Below, one piece after another: positions 22,221-34,662 of a stretch of 64,000 bases of DNA (its first letter is position 1; every line of letters starts with the position of its first letter). Source of the stretch: Macrostomum lignano (lineage: Eukaryota); contig NIVC01001416.1 in assembly GCA_002269645.1 (NCBI GenBank), positions 83,197-147,196 of the forward strand. The letters run 5' to 3'. Made by a program: the position numbers and the translations under genes. The notes beneath the pieces were generated by a model. The model did no database searches. It had not been told where the DNA came from and saw only the letters and a list, made by a program, of their open reading frames with translations.

Positions 22221-25200
22221 CTGTGGGTAGGGCAGCCCCTGACTTATAGTCCCAAATTTTTGCCAAAATTATCATCCGATACAGAGACCTCCTACTGCCT
22301 GATAAATTTATAATGACTGCAAATATCAGTCGCTTTTAAGAAGGCCTGCAATCAATTTACTGAGTCAGAAGTAAGAAGAAGAGTAAGAAGTCAAGGAAAC
22401 TCAGTCAGTCAGTCACTGATATGTGATATAATTCCGACAAGTTAAAAATTTCGACATTGTGGAAGTCAAAAACGTTTGCCACAACTGCTCTGCCCTTCGA
22501 GTATTTATCTGCATCAATGATTATGCTCAGGTAAATATTGTTTAATAAGATGCATGCAGGAAAACCGGTGGCACCGCAGCAGCCGAGCACTCACTGGTCA
22601 GCTGATTTGATAAAGCCGTGATGACGTCATCAAAGCCGCCTGCCTTCTTCACAGCCACCCGCAGCTCATATTCCTGTCCAGACTGCAGGGAGCCGCAGGT
22701 GGCAGACGGAGTGGGTGAAGACGCGGTCGAGACTTCACCTGAGCCGACTCGCTTGCAGGTGAGCTGGTACGAGACGCCAGAAGTGCTGGATGGCTGCCAA
22801 GTCACGGAGATGGCGGTCTCATTGGAGCTGTACTGAGCTGAGCTGGGGTCAATGCCGAACAGCTCTGCAATGAAACGGACCCAATAGAAGCGAGCTGTGC
22901 CTCATATGAGAGAAGCTGCAATGATTTACTGAGCTCCAACTCACTGGTCAGCTGGATTGGCAGCCAGGTGACAACTTCATGGAAGCCGCCCTTCTTAGTG
23001 ACAGCCACACTCAGGTTATAGGCCTCTCCTGACTGCACATTGCTGAAGGTGGCACTCAGATACTTTGATGGAGGCAGAGATGTTGAATTCTCTGTGCTGA
23101 CTCGCCTGCAGGTCACCCGGTACAGAACTCCTTCAGTGATGGACGCCGCCCAAGTCAGGTGGATGGAAGTCTCCCTGACGCTTAAACTCACTAAGCTGGC
23201 GTCAATCGGGAAGAGCTCTGCGGTAGCGAGGTGGGTGGGCAGCTCCTGACTTTAAAGTCCCAATTTTTGTCTTATTATCATTTTACACCGGGACATGCCT
23301 GCCTGATAAATATCTAATGACTGCAAATGTTTGTTTTATAGCAAGTATAGAAATATAAGTGTTTCTCAAAATCAGTGAGCATTTCGAATCAATAATTTAT
23401 TTCATGTCGTGTGGTCTGTGGTGTGATATAATGTTAGCTAGTTAAACCAAAACTTGTTCTCAGTATTAGCAGCTACAAGAAAAAAACTTTAATGTGCAGT
23501 TTTCAAAACTGTATAAAATTGTAGACAAAAGTGGAAATGTTGCTGGAGACGTCATGAAAATTGGAAGGCTTTACTAACTCGAAGAATTCACCGTAGCTAA
23601 TGGAGCAGCGACTGCTAATGGAGAGCAAGCTCTGAAATCACTGTAAAGACGGTCTCTGACTGTTTTTACCCTGGTTGCCTCTCTGGTAGCTCGTCTAAGG
23701 GTTGTGCGCAATCCGATTGGCCTAGCTTCGGCTAGCCCAATAACTAAGGGTCCGCCCCGGAGGGGCTGTGCCCATGCTAAAAATAAACCCTATTCTTTTT
23801 TCTAACCAATAGAATTTCGGCCCTCGGCCTTGGTTTAGGGGGGGGGGGTGCCCGGAGTGAGTAGGTACTCTGGACTGCAGTGTGGCTAGGACGGAACTGA
23901 GCCCCCCGGTCGTACCCGCCCTGCAGGAAAGAAAATGACCAATTTACAAAGGTGCACGGTAGACCCAGTAGACTGCCAGCCCTGAGGCTGAGCCCTTTTT
24001 GGAGGCCTGCGTGGGTTCAGGTGCTCCTCCAGTTATGTTTTAGTCCTATTACAGTATTGGTTTTATCTAACCCCGGCCTATGTAGCCATCCAATCTTTCG
24101 GAGTAATGAGCTCTGCCCACTGCCCGGTCCACCCTGCTCTGTCCTTGGGTCCATCTACTGGCTCCTGCTGACGGTCCCTGCCCGCGTGTCTCTGGCTCTC
24201 ATCCTGACAGTGGATTGGTGTCCTGGGAAGGATGTTCGTCCCGTACCGGGGACAACCGGCTGAGTCCGGTGTCATCTTGCCCCTGGTGCCTCTTCCCGAC
24301 CCCTTGGCCTGGCCCCCAATAATGAGCTGGATAGGCGATGCCCTTGGGTTGGTAGCAATAGAGGTGTTGCGATATCCGCCTAGAGTCTCCCCCTCGGATA
24401 CAAGCCTTCCAGACTCGCTCCAATAGTTAGCCCTTTCCAAGACTTCTGGGTTTCCCCGCTCTTGGACGGCTTTAAGTAGTATATATCCAATTCTGTTTTA
24501 CGCGCACTCCCGAGGACTTGTCTGCTGGGGGGGGGGGTAGCCTGGGTGGACTCGGTCCTAGCACCGTCCCTGATTCCACTGTTGGTTTGGCGGTGTCTTG
24601 TACCGTAGGCTTGGGTCAACTTCGCCCTCCCGCGCTTTATGCCGGGCCAAATCTCCATCTCTTCGGGGTATCTCGGGCTCTAAAAACAGCTAATGCTGTG
24701 CCCCTGGCAGTGCCCCTCGCGGCAGAGCACTTCCATGTGGCTGATCCGCGGGTCCCCCTTAGGACCCTTTCGTTTAACAAACAAACAAAACTGTTTCGTT
24801 TCGAGTCACTGTTTCGAGGAAGCATAGTCGAAGGAATCGCAATGGATAAAAGCAGCGTGCAGGCTGACGGCATCTCATTTTGTAAGGCATGCGTGGAAGG
24901 CAAAATGCACAAAAAACCATTTGGGAAAGGTGAGAGTTCAATGTGCAACGAATTGGTGTCTCTGATTCACAGCGGTGCAAATAAAGGAAACCACATCGAT
25001 TGGAGCTGGCGTCGATGCCAACAGCTCTGCAATGAAACGGACCCAATAGACCACATCAAAGCAACCTCATGAGAGCAGCTGCAATCATTTAATGAGCTCT
25101 ATATCACTCGTCAGATGGATTGGCTGAGTGACACTGGACTGAGTGCACTTACGATTTATTTTCAAAAGGCTGATAAACTCCTCTAGTGATTTAATATCAA

Positions 25201-26186
25201 CCAAAGAAGCCTAGAGGTCACACATGGATGACTGAGTGTTGTAAATACTTTATAAAACATATCATTAAAAGGTAATTAATATTTTTGGAGCTCACTGGTC
25301 AAAGCTGTGCCATGAATGAAAGGTGCAGGCGGGAACCCAGTCTTGACGGGTCTCACTGTGACAGTGACAGAGGCTCCGGATGGCTGGCCTGTGCACACAG
25401 CGGTTGTGTCTGGCACTCTGCCAGCGCAGCTGACTTCATACTCGACTCCGACATCGGGAGAGGCCGCCCACCGGGCTCTGAAGCTCGTCTCCGTCACATC
25501 CGAGATGTGCACTCGTCCTGGGACTTTGTTGAGATCTGCAATTGTGTTGGGACTTGCTAAACTGATGTTTTAAAGTTTCGCGAGGTTTGGTACTTAAGCA
25601 GTATTAAATTAGCAACAATTTTTATTTTTAATAGTAACTGAATCATCTAATAATCAAATTAAGATTAGTTAGAGTCAAAATTCAAAATGAATTTATTCAG
25701 AAATCCAGGTGGCCAGGTGTGGCAGCCAATGGCGCACCCGAGGCTGCGTGCATTTTGCACTGAATGACCCGCACAGTTTTCATTCTCACATGTAATTCCA
25801 GAAAGATGGAATGCAGGGCTGAGTCTGCAGTTCCGAAGTCCAGCCTGAATGGAAAAGCTGTACTCAGTAGCTCCGTTGAGATCTCGAAATGTGAATGTCT
25901 CATCTGTAGTGTTGTGCTGCTGAGTGGGACAGCTGGGGCAGCTCAGTGTGTAAAAGTACCCTGTGATGCCACGGTCTGGTGGCAGCCAATCAACTGTTAT
26001 TGATGAATTTGTGGCAGAGCGAACAGCAGCCACTGTCACAGGATCCACCTGACCCGGCAACAGTTTTCCACACGACGTGCCTTGAGCAGCCGCCTCATCG
26101 CACAGCAGTAGAGCAGCTGCAGCAGCAACCAGAAGCAGCCTGTAGAAGCAGAAGAGAGACCGACCTCTGTCTGCTTGAGAACTCAT
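21881..26186 (-). CDS. Unit A1: signal peptide + 4 FN3 exons + C-type lectin exon (3' end uncertain)
   Basis: Exons 26186-25790, 25535-25296, 23217-22945, 22864-22595 and 22220-21881 join in frame through phase-1 junctions; they are paralogs of B exons 1, 2, 5 and 6 plus a unique lectin exon. Confidence 0.75.
22595..22864 (-). CDS. A1 FN3 exon (270 nt, paralog of B exons 3/4/6)
   Basis: ETAISVTWQP...LQSGQEYELRVAV; phase 1-1. Confidence 0.85.
22945..23217 (-). CDS. A1 FN3 exon (273 nt, paralog of B exon 5)
   Basis: ETSIHLTWAAS...VQSGEAYNLSVAV; phase 1-1. Confidence 0.85.
23440..24975 (+). mobile_element. Ty1/copia pol relic split by a ~1.15 kb insertion
   Basis: QNLFSV.AAT...VQF...GDVMKIGRLY (23440-23644) rejoins LFRGSIVEGI...FCKACVEGKMHKKPF...SLIHS (24806-24975), the GAG-pre-integrase/integrase start of copia elements. 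Confidence 0.7.
23645..24805. mobile_element. Unclassified GC-rich insertion inside the copia relic
   Basis: Flanked by the direct repeat tcactgt; 3' end has an (AAAC)n tract; no recognisable coding domain. Confidence 0.4.
25000..25125 (-). pseudogene. Relic of an extra FN3 exon-5/exon-6 junction in A1 intron 2
   Basis: Diverged copy of 22820-22960 (acceptor, short intron, donor region), truncated at the copia relic. Confidence 0.6.
25296..25535 (-). CDS. A1 exon 2, short FN3-like (240 nt)
   Basis: ORF 25276..25512; ttgcag acceptor and a|gtgagc donor. Confidence 0.85.
25790..26186 (-). CDS. A1 exon 1: signal peptide + FN3
   Basis: ORF 25665..26186, ATG at 26186, t|gtgaga donor. Confidence 0.85.
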
Positions 26187-26979
26187 TTAGTAGTTTTGTT
26201 TAATTCGTTTTTAAAACTCTACCGGGTAGTTAAGGTATATTCAGTCAGTAGATGTATGGCTTGCTTTGAAAACTTATTTTTTCAGCTCGACTTTCAGTAC
26301 TATTTATAGGCGATTAATGATTACCCATGACTAATGCTTTATCAGACTATTCGTAACTCACTCGTTTACCATGAGCTCGCTCTTATCTGTAGTTTTCTAC
26401 TGTATCATGCAACCTATGGCTATAGGCCTTGCCTTGTGTAGCGAAGCGTACGATTTGTACAGACAAACCCGTATATATGTATGAGTACATGTAGATTAAA
26501 TAGAAAATCTAGCTGGAAAAAGAGTCAGGACTCAGTACTCATAAAGTCAAGAAATTTCGAAAAAAACTGTTCTTATCGAGCTCGTGTTTTTTATCTGGAC
26601 CCGGATGAGTCCATACAGTATTTCACTGGTTAGCTGAGTTCATTTGAAAATTTTGAGTCTTCTTTTGCGGCATGCCTAAATGTATTCAGTTCAGAATTGA
26701 TAAGGCATGCATATCCGTTTTGTTTGTTTTTTTAAATATTGCATCGCAAACAAGAGAAAAATAGCAAATCTAAGGATTTTGTTAATCTAATTAGTTCCAA
26801 CATTTTCCGCTCAAGTTTGCTTGTTGATTTAGAAAACTTGTCAGAGTACAGGTATAGAGGTGGCACCTTCTCAGCACAATTAGTGCAAAGGAAACTGCCG
26901 CCCCCTCACCTCCGAAGCACAGCTAGCGACCATTGCAACGCCCCTCGTATGGCACCCTTTGCAAGGCGCCCCCCCAATG

Positions 26980-28355
26980 TTACCCCCAGTGTGTTGCCCC
27001 CAGTGTGTTGCCCCCAGTGTGTTGCCCCCAGTGTGTTGCCCCCAGTGTGTTGCCCCCAGTGTGTGTTGCCCCCAATGTGCTGCCCCCAGTGTGTGTTGCC
27101 CCCAGTGTGTTGCCCCCCCCAATGTGTTGCCCCCCAACGTGTTGCCCCCAGTGTTTTCCCCCAGTGTGTTGCCCCCAGTGTGTTGCCCCCCGTGTGTTGC
27201 CCCCTAGTGTGTTGCCCCCAGTGTGTTGCCCGCAGTGTGTTGCCCCCAGTGTGTTGCCCGCAGTGTGTTGCCCCCAGTGTGTTGCCCCCAGTGTGTTGCC
27301 CGCAGTGTGTTGCCCCAGTGTGTTGCCCGCAGTGTGTTGCCCGCAGTGTGTTGCCCCCAGTGTGTTGCCCCCCAGTGTGTTGCCCCCAGTGTGTTGCCCC
27401 CAGTGTGTTGCCCCCAGTGTGTTGCCCCCAGTGTGTTGCCCGCAGTGTGTTGCCCGCAGTGTGTTGCCCCCAGTGTGTTGCCCCCCAGTGTGTTGCCCGC
27501 AGTGTGTTGCCCCCAGTGTGTTGCCCGCAGTGTGTTGCCCCAGTGTGTTGCCCCCCAGTGTGTTGCCCCCAGTGTGTTGCCCCCCAGTGTGTTGCCCCCA
27601 GTGTGTTGCCCCCCAGTGTGTTGCCCCCAGTGTGTTGCCCCCAGTGTGTTGCCCCCAGTGTGTTGCCCCCAGTGTGTTGCCCCCAGTGTGTTGCCCCCAG
27701 TGTGTTGCCCCCAGTGTGTTGCCCCCAGTGTGTTGCCCCCCAGTGTGTTGCCCCCCGTGTGTTGCCCCCAGTGTGTTGCCCCAGTGTGTTGCCCCCAGTG
27801 TGTTGCCCCCAGTGTGTTGCCCCAGTGTGTTGCCCCCCGTGTGTTGCCCCCTAGTGTGTTGCCCCCAGTGTGTTGCCCGCAGTGTGTTGCCCCCAGTGTG
27901 TTGCCCGCAGTGTGTTGCCCCCAGTGTGTTGCCCCCCAGTGTGTTGCCCGCAGTGTGTTGCCCCCAGTGTGTTGCCCGCAGTGTGTTGCCCGCAGTGTGT
28001 TGCCCCCAGTGTGTTGCCCCCAGTGTGTTGCCCCCAGTGTGTTGCCCCCAGTGTGTTGCCCCCAGTGTGTTGCCCCCAGTGTGTTGCCCCCAGTGTGTTG
28101 CCCCCAGTGTGTTGCCCCCAGTGTGTTGCCCCCAGTGTGTTGCCCCCAGTGTGTTGCTCCCAGTGTGTTGCCCCCAGTGTGTTGCCCCCCAGTGTGTTGC
28201 CCCCAGTGTGTTGCCCCCAGTGTGTTGCCCCCAGTGTGTTGCCCCCAGTGTGTTGCCCCCAGTGTGTTGCCCCCAGTGTGTTGCCCCCAGTGTGTTGCCC
28301 CCAGTGTGTTGCCCCCCAGTGTGTTGCCCCCAGTGTGTTGCCCCCAGTGTGTTGC
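26980..28355. repeat. ~14-bp minisatellite (gtgtgttgccccca) with variable C-run
   Basis: Unit length varies 13-15 bp, so reading frames shift repeatedly. Confidence 0.95.
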
Positions 28356-28662
28356 CTCATATATCTCATTGTTTTTATTTACCTTCGAATTATTTGTAAT
28401 CGATCTTTCCCCTGAGGAGAATTGTAGAGAGTATTGCAGGGTTTCAGGGTTGCTATTGTACAGCATGTATGACATACTTTTCACTCGCTCTCTGCCCCTC
28501 CCTTTTATTCCCAGTAATTTACCATTAGCGATAGTTAATTATATTTAATAAATCCTAAGAGGCTTCGTCAACTCTCATTCAAATCTCTCTGAGCTTTTTG
28601 AATTTAAACTACGACTTTATAGGTAAGAACTTTGGGATGATTTTACATTGCAACCTGTGCTT

Positions 28663-30552
28663 CAGGGGCGTCGCCATGGATTTTATGATGGTTAGGGGCG
28701 GACTTAGCCAAGAATTTTACATGACTAAATTCCTAAATTACTTCGGTAATCAGTGCTTTTAGCAATCATTATTGCGCCGCAGACATTCGTTTTGGCGCCG
28801 CAGGCAGTCACTTACACATGTATTGGCACCGCAGGCAGACACTTATTTTGGCGCCGCAGGCACTCATTTTGGCGCCGCAGACACTCGTTTTGGCGCCGCA
28901 GACAGGCACTCATTCTGGCGCCGCAGACAGGCACTCATTCTGGCGCCGCAGGTAGGCACTCATTTTGGCGCCGCAGGCAGGCACTCATTCTGGCGCCGCA
29001 GGTAGGCATTCAATCTGGCGCCGCAGGCAGGCACTCATTCTGGCGCCGCAGGTAGGCACTCATTCTGGCCCCGCAGGTAGGCACTCATTCTAGCGCTGCA
29101 GACAGGCACTCATTTTGGCGCCGCAGGCAGGCACTCATTCTGGCGCCGCAGGTAGGCACTCATTTTGGCGCCGCAGGTAGGCACTCATTCTGGCCCCGCA
29201 GGCAGGCACTCATTCTAGCGCTGCAGACAGGCACTCATTTTGGCGCCGCAGGCAGGCATTCAATCTGGCGCCGCAGGTAGGCATTCATTCTGGCGCCGCA
29301 GGTAGGCATTCAATCTGGCGCCGCAGGTAGGCACTCATTCTAGCGCTGCAGACAGGCACTCATTTTGGCGCCGCAGGCAGGCACTCATTCTGGCGCCGCA
29401 GGTAGGCACTCATTTTGGCGCCGCAGGCAGGCACTCATTCTGGCGCCGCAGGTAGGCACTCATTCTGGCCCCGCAGGCAGGCACTCATTCTGGCGCCGCA
29501 GGTAGGCACTCATTCTGGCCCCGCAGGCAGGCACTCATTCTAGCGCTGCAGACAGGCACTCATTTTGGCGCCGCAGGCAGGCACTCATTTTGGCGCCGCA
29601 GGCAGGCACTCATTCTGGCGCCGCAGGTAGGCATTCAATCTGGCGCCGCAGGCAGGCACTCATTCTGGCGCCGCAGGTAGGCACTCATTCTGGCCCCGCA
29701 GGTAGGCACTCATTCTAGCGCTGCAGACAGGCACTCATTTTGGCGCCGCAGGCAGGCACTCATTCTGGCGCCGCAGGTAGGCACTCATTTTGGCGCCGCA
29801 GGCAGGCACTCATTCTGGCGCCGCAGGTAGGCACTCATTCTGGCCCCGCAGGCAGGCACTCATTCTAGCGCTGCAGACAGGCACTCATTTTGGCGCCGCA
29901 GGCAGGCATTCAATCTGGCGCCGCAGGTAGGCATTCATTCTGGCGCCGCAGGTAGGCATTCAATCTGGCGCCGCAGGTAGGCACTCATTCTAGCGCTGCA
30001 GACAGGCACTCATTTTGGCGCCGCAGGCAGGCACTCATTCTGGCGCCGCAGGTAGGCACTCATTTTGGCGCCGCAGGCAGGCACTCATTCTGGCGCCGCA
30101 GGTAGGCACTCATTCTGGCCCCGCAGGCAGGCACTCATTCTAGCGCTGCAGACAGGCACTCATTTTGGCGCCGCAGGCAGGCATTCAATCTGGCGCCGCA
30201 GGTAGGCATTCATTCTGGCGCCGCAGGTAGGCATTCAATCTGGCGCCGCAGGTAGGCACTCATTCTGGCGCCGCAGACAGGCACTCATTTTGGCGCCGCA
30301 GGCAGGCACTCATTCTGGCGCCGCAGGTAGGCATTCAATCTGGCGCCGCAGGTAGGCACTCATTCTGGCGCCGCAGACAGGCATTCATTTTGGGGCCGCA
30401 GGTAGGCACTCATTCTGGCGCCGCAGGCAGGCTCTCGATTGATTTTGGCGCCAACAGAGTCGCTATACCTTGGCGCCTTGAAGAAAAATTATTGCTTTCT
30501 AAAACAAAACAAAACATTGACATGCCCCCATGCCCCCTACGCGACGCCCCTG
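28663..30552. mobile_element. hAT-like TIR element carrying a ~1.6 kb internal minisatellite
   Basis: Perfect 12-bp TIR CAGGGGCGTCGC / GCGACGCCCCTG; no clean TSD (ctgtgctt vs tcgtgcgc). Confidence 0.65.
28850..30430. repeat. 25-bp minisatellite (ggcgccgcaggyaggcactcattyt) with higher-order variant blocks
   Basis: Direct reading; lies inside the 28663-30552 element. Confidence 0.95.
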
Positions 30553-31929
30553 TCGTGCGCTATGTCTCTGCTGGCGTCAACAACTTCGGGTTGCTCTGGC
30601 ACTGATGTGTACAGCGGGTGCAAGGCCATGCTATCTAAGACCAAGACCTTGGCTGACTGAAGTTTGATAGCTTGTGGTGTGTCGGAGTGGCCAAGGGATC
30701 CCGTATGCTGCACTAGCGGCCACATTCACCCGCACAGTGGGACCAGTCACCTGCACAAAAGTACACCCTACCCTAGGGAAACTCAAGCAAAGAAGACAGA
30801 CTCCCAGCAGCCTACGGGCAAAGCTCAGGGACTGAGGGAACTCTTTCGTCTGGTGAGTGGAATCACTTGACTTTCCTAAAAAATGATTTCCCCTGGAACT
30901 GCGGTGTTGTGCGACAATCAAGATGACGCTAATGACTACGTTTCCTGGCCTATATTAAGTATCCATATTTTTACTTACGCATAGCATATTAATGGCAATG
31001 TATTAGTTCCTTACATTGATTGAATTGCAGTTTCACTTTTACGTCTCCTGAAATGATGATCCGAATACCTTGATTTGACACGGCAGGCAGGTGAGGTCAC
31101 TCGGCGCTGGATAGATCCAGGTAGTTCAGGCTGATGCCTGAAGGATGATGTTGCTGACGTAAACGACCGTTGATGCTCTGGGCTTTGATCTCTTGGTTGA
31201 AGTTTGGGTGGCCATAGGTTAGGAGGAATTGAAAACAAACCGCTCATATGTATACTATAGAGCTATAATCACGAATCATGAGCTGCCCGGGCTAAGCCTA
31301 CATTGCCTAGCGTTCGAGAGAAATCACCTGTCTATAGCCTTGCTGTGATTGAATACTAAAATGGGGTGGATCGCGGCTTAGGAGAAAATTAAAATCGGGA
31401 GGTCACATGACTGGAAGAAAAACTAGCCTTGCGGGAATGGGGGAGTTTTTGATTGATGGTTTCGAAGGTTCAGGTTGGGTGTAGGGAAGGATAGGGGCGT
31501 AGGGAATGAGTCTTCGAATGAGCCGTTGGGAGTAGGGACCTATAGATATCTACGATTGGGATCGAGCATGCATGGGTGAAAATGTACACAAAGGGACATC
31601 GATATTATCATCAGAATTTTTGCAGGGCCGGGCAGCTGTAACATCATTTATTGAAGCAGCTACTTACATGTAAGATGACATTAGTGATGAAGTAAGGACT
31701 TAAAGGGCAAATTATAATTTACGCAGCTTGCAGCCTTGACGCGCATTTTCTGGCTCTAAATTGTGTTAAAAGAATGCTGATACATTTCCTCAGTTTTTTA
31801 TGTTGTCCAGATTAATTTTCACGTTCACAAATTTTCGCAAACTATATGAAAATCCTGCAAACTCGCGGTACATGCGGAGAGGTCTGCTTCCCTAGATGCG
31901 ATGTGTCTTCTCGCTGTAAGAGGTGTCCA

Positions 31930-32530
31930 TCAGGGCCGACCCGGGTTTTCATTGTGAGGACCTGGGCGCTGGTTGGACCCTCTGGTACACATCGGCGGAC
32001 CAACGAGGCCGTAGAGCGTGTTGGAGCGCTGAATGGACACGGCTACTACGGGTCGACGTCCGACAATCGCAGCCACCTTTGCCGGGAGAAGGAAGAGTTT
32101 CAGTGTAGCCCACGTCGATCGTGCTCTGCGTGCCGGATGACATCGAGGCTGGAAGTTTCTGCCGAGGAGCTGACGGGCAGGTGACGAAGTTGCAGCACTG
32201 TCAGCAGTTCTGGTGCCTGACGACGTCTCCGTGCAGAGGCCATGTAACCGCCAAAGGGGGAGGCCTCGCTGTTTCAGCGGTGATCGATACCGTCCTGTTG
32301 TACATGTACAACGCTGAGACCTGGACGCTGGAGGGTTCACTTGAACAGCAGGTCGATGCGGCTAAGCAAAATTTGGCTACGAGCGAGTCACCAAATGCGG
32401 CACTCTATCGCCGCACCAGCCTGTCTGTCACAGCCAACTGTTGCGCCTTCGGAAACTCCAGCTGGCAAGCCATCATACAAACGAGTCGTAGTAACTGCCC
32501 GCAATCGGTGCATGAGGTGCGCTGCTGCTG
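31930..32530 (+). mobile_element. Degenerate non-LTR retrotransposon (RTE-like) RT C-terminal fragment
   Basis: Frameshifted segments VLCVPDDIEA..FCRGADGQ and FSAVIDTVLLY..AETWTLEGSLEQQVDAA match the typical post-RT ESVLLYGAETWTL region of RTE-clade LINEs. Confidence 0.65.
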
Positions 32531-33785
32531 ACGCTACGGGCACCCTACCGGCGGGAACAGACGCACACTCGGCGTTTCGTCGACTGCCTGCTGGCTGATG
32601 CCGGCGCCCTGAACACTGCCGGAGGTGCGGCTTAGTTTGCGCCCAGGCCCCGAAAAGCGCCCTGTGAAGTTGGCGATCACGCTTGACTGGCTCTTACAGC
32701 GTATGCGTGTATAGTTTGTTTGTTTGTATTTTTTCATCGTTTTTTTCAACAAAACTGAAGCAAAAAAATCAAGCACACTGTGACGTTCTTAGTTGCAGGT
32801 TCCCAAAAGGATGGTGAACTCAACAATGGCGGAGTAGATTTGTAGCGGTAGCACTTGGCAATTCAGCGGCAAGATAAATAAAGGCCGCAACTTAGGGCAC
32901 TACTTACAGTAAACGTGAGAATACGGAACTGGTAATGTTTTAAAGTTGGTACCGTATGTCAAAACGGCCCTTGGCGGGGCTACTGAAGTTGGCAACGTCA
33001 CACACACCGAATATCCCAAATTTTCGGCAGTCAAATTTCATCGGCAACTACATGCCATAAGATCCAAACAGGCTTAACAAGGAAATTAAGGGTGCATTGT
33101 CTTACATAGCACTGTAACTTTTTATTGGCCGTGATTGTAAACACAAACACAAAAAAACAGTTGAGGCAACATGTACTTGGACTAAGGAGATACCCAGAAC
33201 TCCTTGAGACGCAACCTGTCCTTGACAAGTACATGTACTGACATGTTTGCCTGAATTATTGTATGGCACATAAATTGTATGGCACATATCACACATGTAC
33301 AATCCGGTCACACAATTAGGCTTAGTTGTCTACTGTGAGTAGGTTGTTAATGCGCTAGTAATGAAAAGTGTTTTGCGACAAATCTAGTTTTAGATTGACT
33401 AATTCTTACAATTTTCTTAATGTATAAAGATTATTATCATGCTGAAGTCCGCGGAAATTAACGAGCGTAAATGCTTTCTTAGAAACTTTCCGCGCCAGCT
33501 TAACAGTGATAGGTGCTTGCAGTTAATTTTTAATCCATTAAAGTAATATAGAAATGGGTATGCATGCCTACATTTAACTTTAACTTTATCTTTAACTCTA
33601 CATTTTAACTTTAACTTTATTTTCAACTATTATCCTTTCTTTTCAGCTACACTTACCTATTGTCATAACCCAAGTATAGGATAGTGTTGATGGTTGTTCT
33701 TTTATGCAAAAAATAAACGTGTTGAATCTCAATCTCAATAAAAATGACTAGGCCTAAGGCCTATAGATATTGTAGCTCATAAATG

Positions 33786-34582
33786 TCATAGTCCAGATCA
33801 TGCTAGGTGCATGCCTGATCAAAAATCTAATAATTACAAATGCACAGTGCACCAAAAAATTGAGTGCATACCCGTGATACCTATTCTCCAAACAGCAATG
33901 GCTAGAGTTCTGGCACTGGAACCCGTTTTCTAACAGCTAGGGATCCGGCAGTGCCATATAGAAGCATATAAAGACTGCTAAGAACATATCTTAAGAAGTC
34001 TGAATATTAGAAGCATCTTGTCCCGAATCTTATCATATCGTCTTAAATTTTAATCTAGAACAAAATCTCAATATCAGCCACCTGTAGAAAGAAAAATATA
34101 ATGTTCCATCTATATTATAATGGCATTGCCAGATCCGTAGCCATTAGAAAATGGGTTCCAGTGCCAGAACTCTAGCCATTGCCTCTCCAAACTATGTTGG
34201 TATTGCAACAATAAATGACCTTTTTAAATTGTGTAATAAACCCTTTTTGGCAAATAATTTAAATTTGGTTAATTTTTCTACTTTTTTGGTGATATCATTT
34301 ATAGTAGAAAATTGATATAGGCCTATGTGAAGATATGTTCAAATGCTTTATTACAAGCTTAAAAAACTAACAAAAGCTTGAAATTTATGCTTTAAAATGA
34401 ATTTTTTATCTTTTTTTAATGACTATTCCATATGATTTTATAAAGTGCATGCTAAGTGTGCATGCACACTATTTTCTTAAGAGTGATGCATGCCAACTAT
34501 GCATGTCTAGGCCCTACTTTTGGCATGCAAGGTCAATACATGCCTAAATTTTTGGGCATATATTACATGATCTGGAGTATAG
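33786..34582. mobile_element. Old hAT-type non-autonomous element (8-bp TSD)
   Basis: TSD cataaatg at 33778-33785 and 34583-34590; imperfect ~17-bp TIRs TCATAGTCCAGATCATG / CATGATCTGGAGTATAG. Confidence 0.6.
33894..34183. mobile_element. Mutator-like MITE (290 bp) nested in the hAT element
   Basis: ~65-bp TIRs beginning (A/G)GCAATGGCTAGAGTTCTGGCACTGGAACCC; 9-bp TSD tctccaaac at 33885-33893 and 34184-34192. Confidence 0.8.
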
Positions 34583-34662
34583 CATAAATGAAAGGAAGGA
34601 ATTAGGGAATCTTGGACTAAAAAGTTTGCATTTGAACAGTTAAGAGTTTTAGGGGTTGTAGG

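Noticed and set aside
26739-28548. Long Cys/Pro-rich ORFs (CCPQCVAPSVLPPV) resembling keratin-associated or metallothionein-like proteins
   Set aside because: Produced by a 13-15-bp satellite whose variable C-run shifts frame repeatedly; open in several frames on both strands; no splice or start context.
31097-31200. Minus-strand frame ending ISLNYLDLSSAE* (LxYxxL, ITIM-like), possibly the tail exon of another paralog
   Set aside because: Only ~30 codons, a weak acceptor and no linked upstream exons; the motif can arise by chance.
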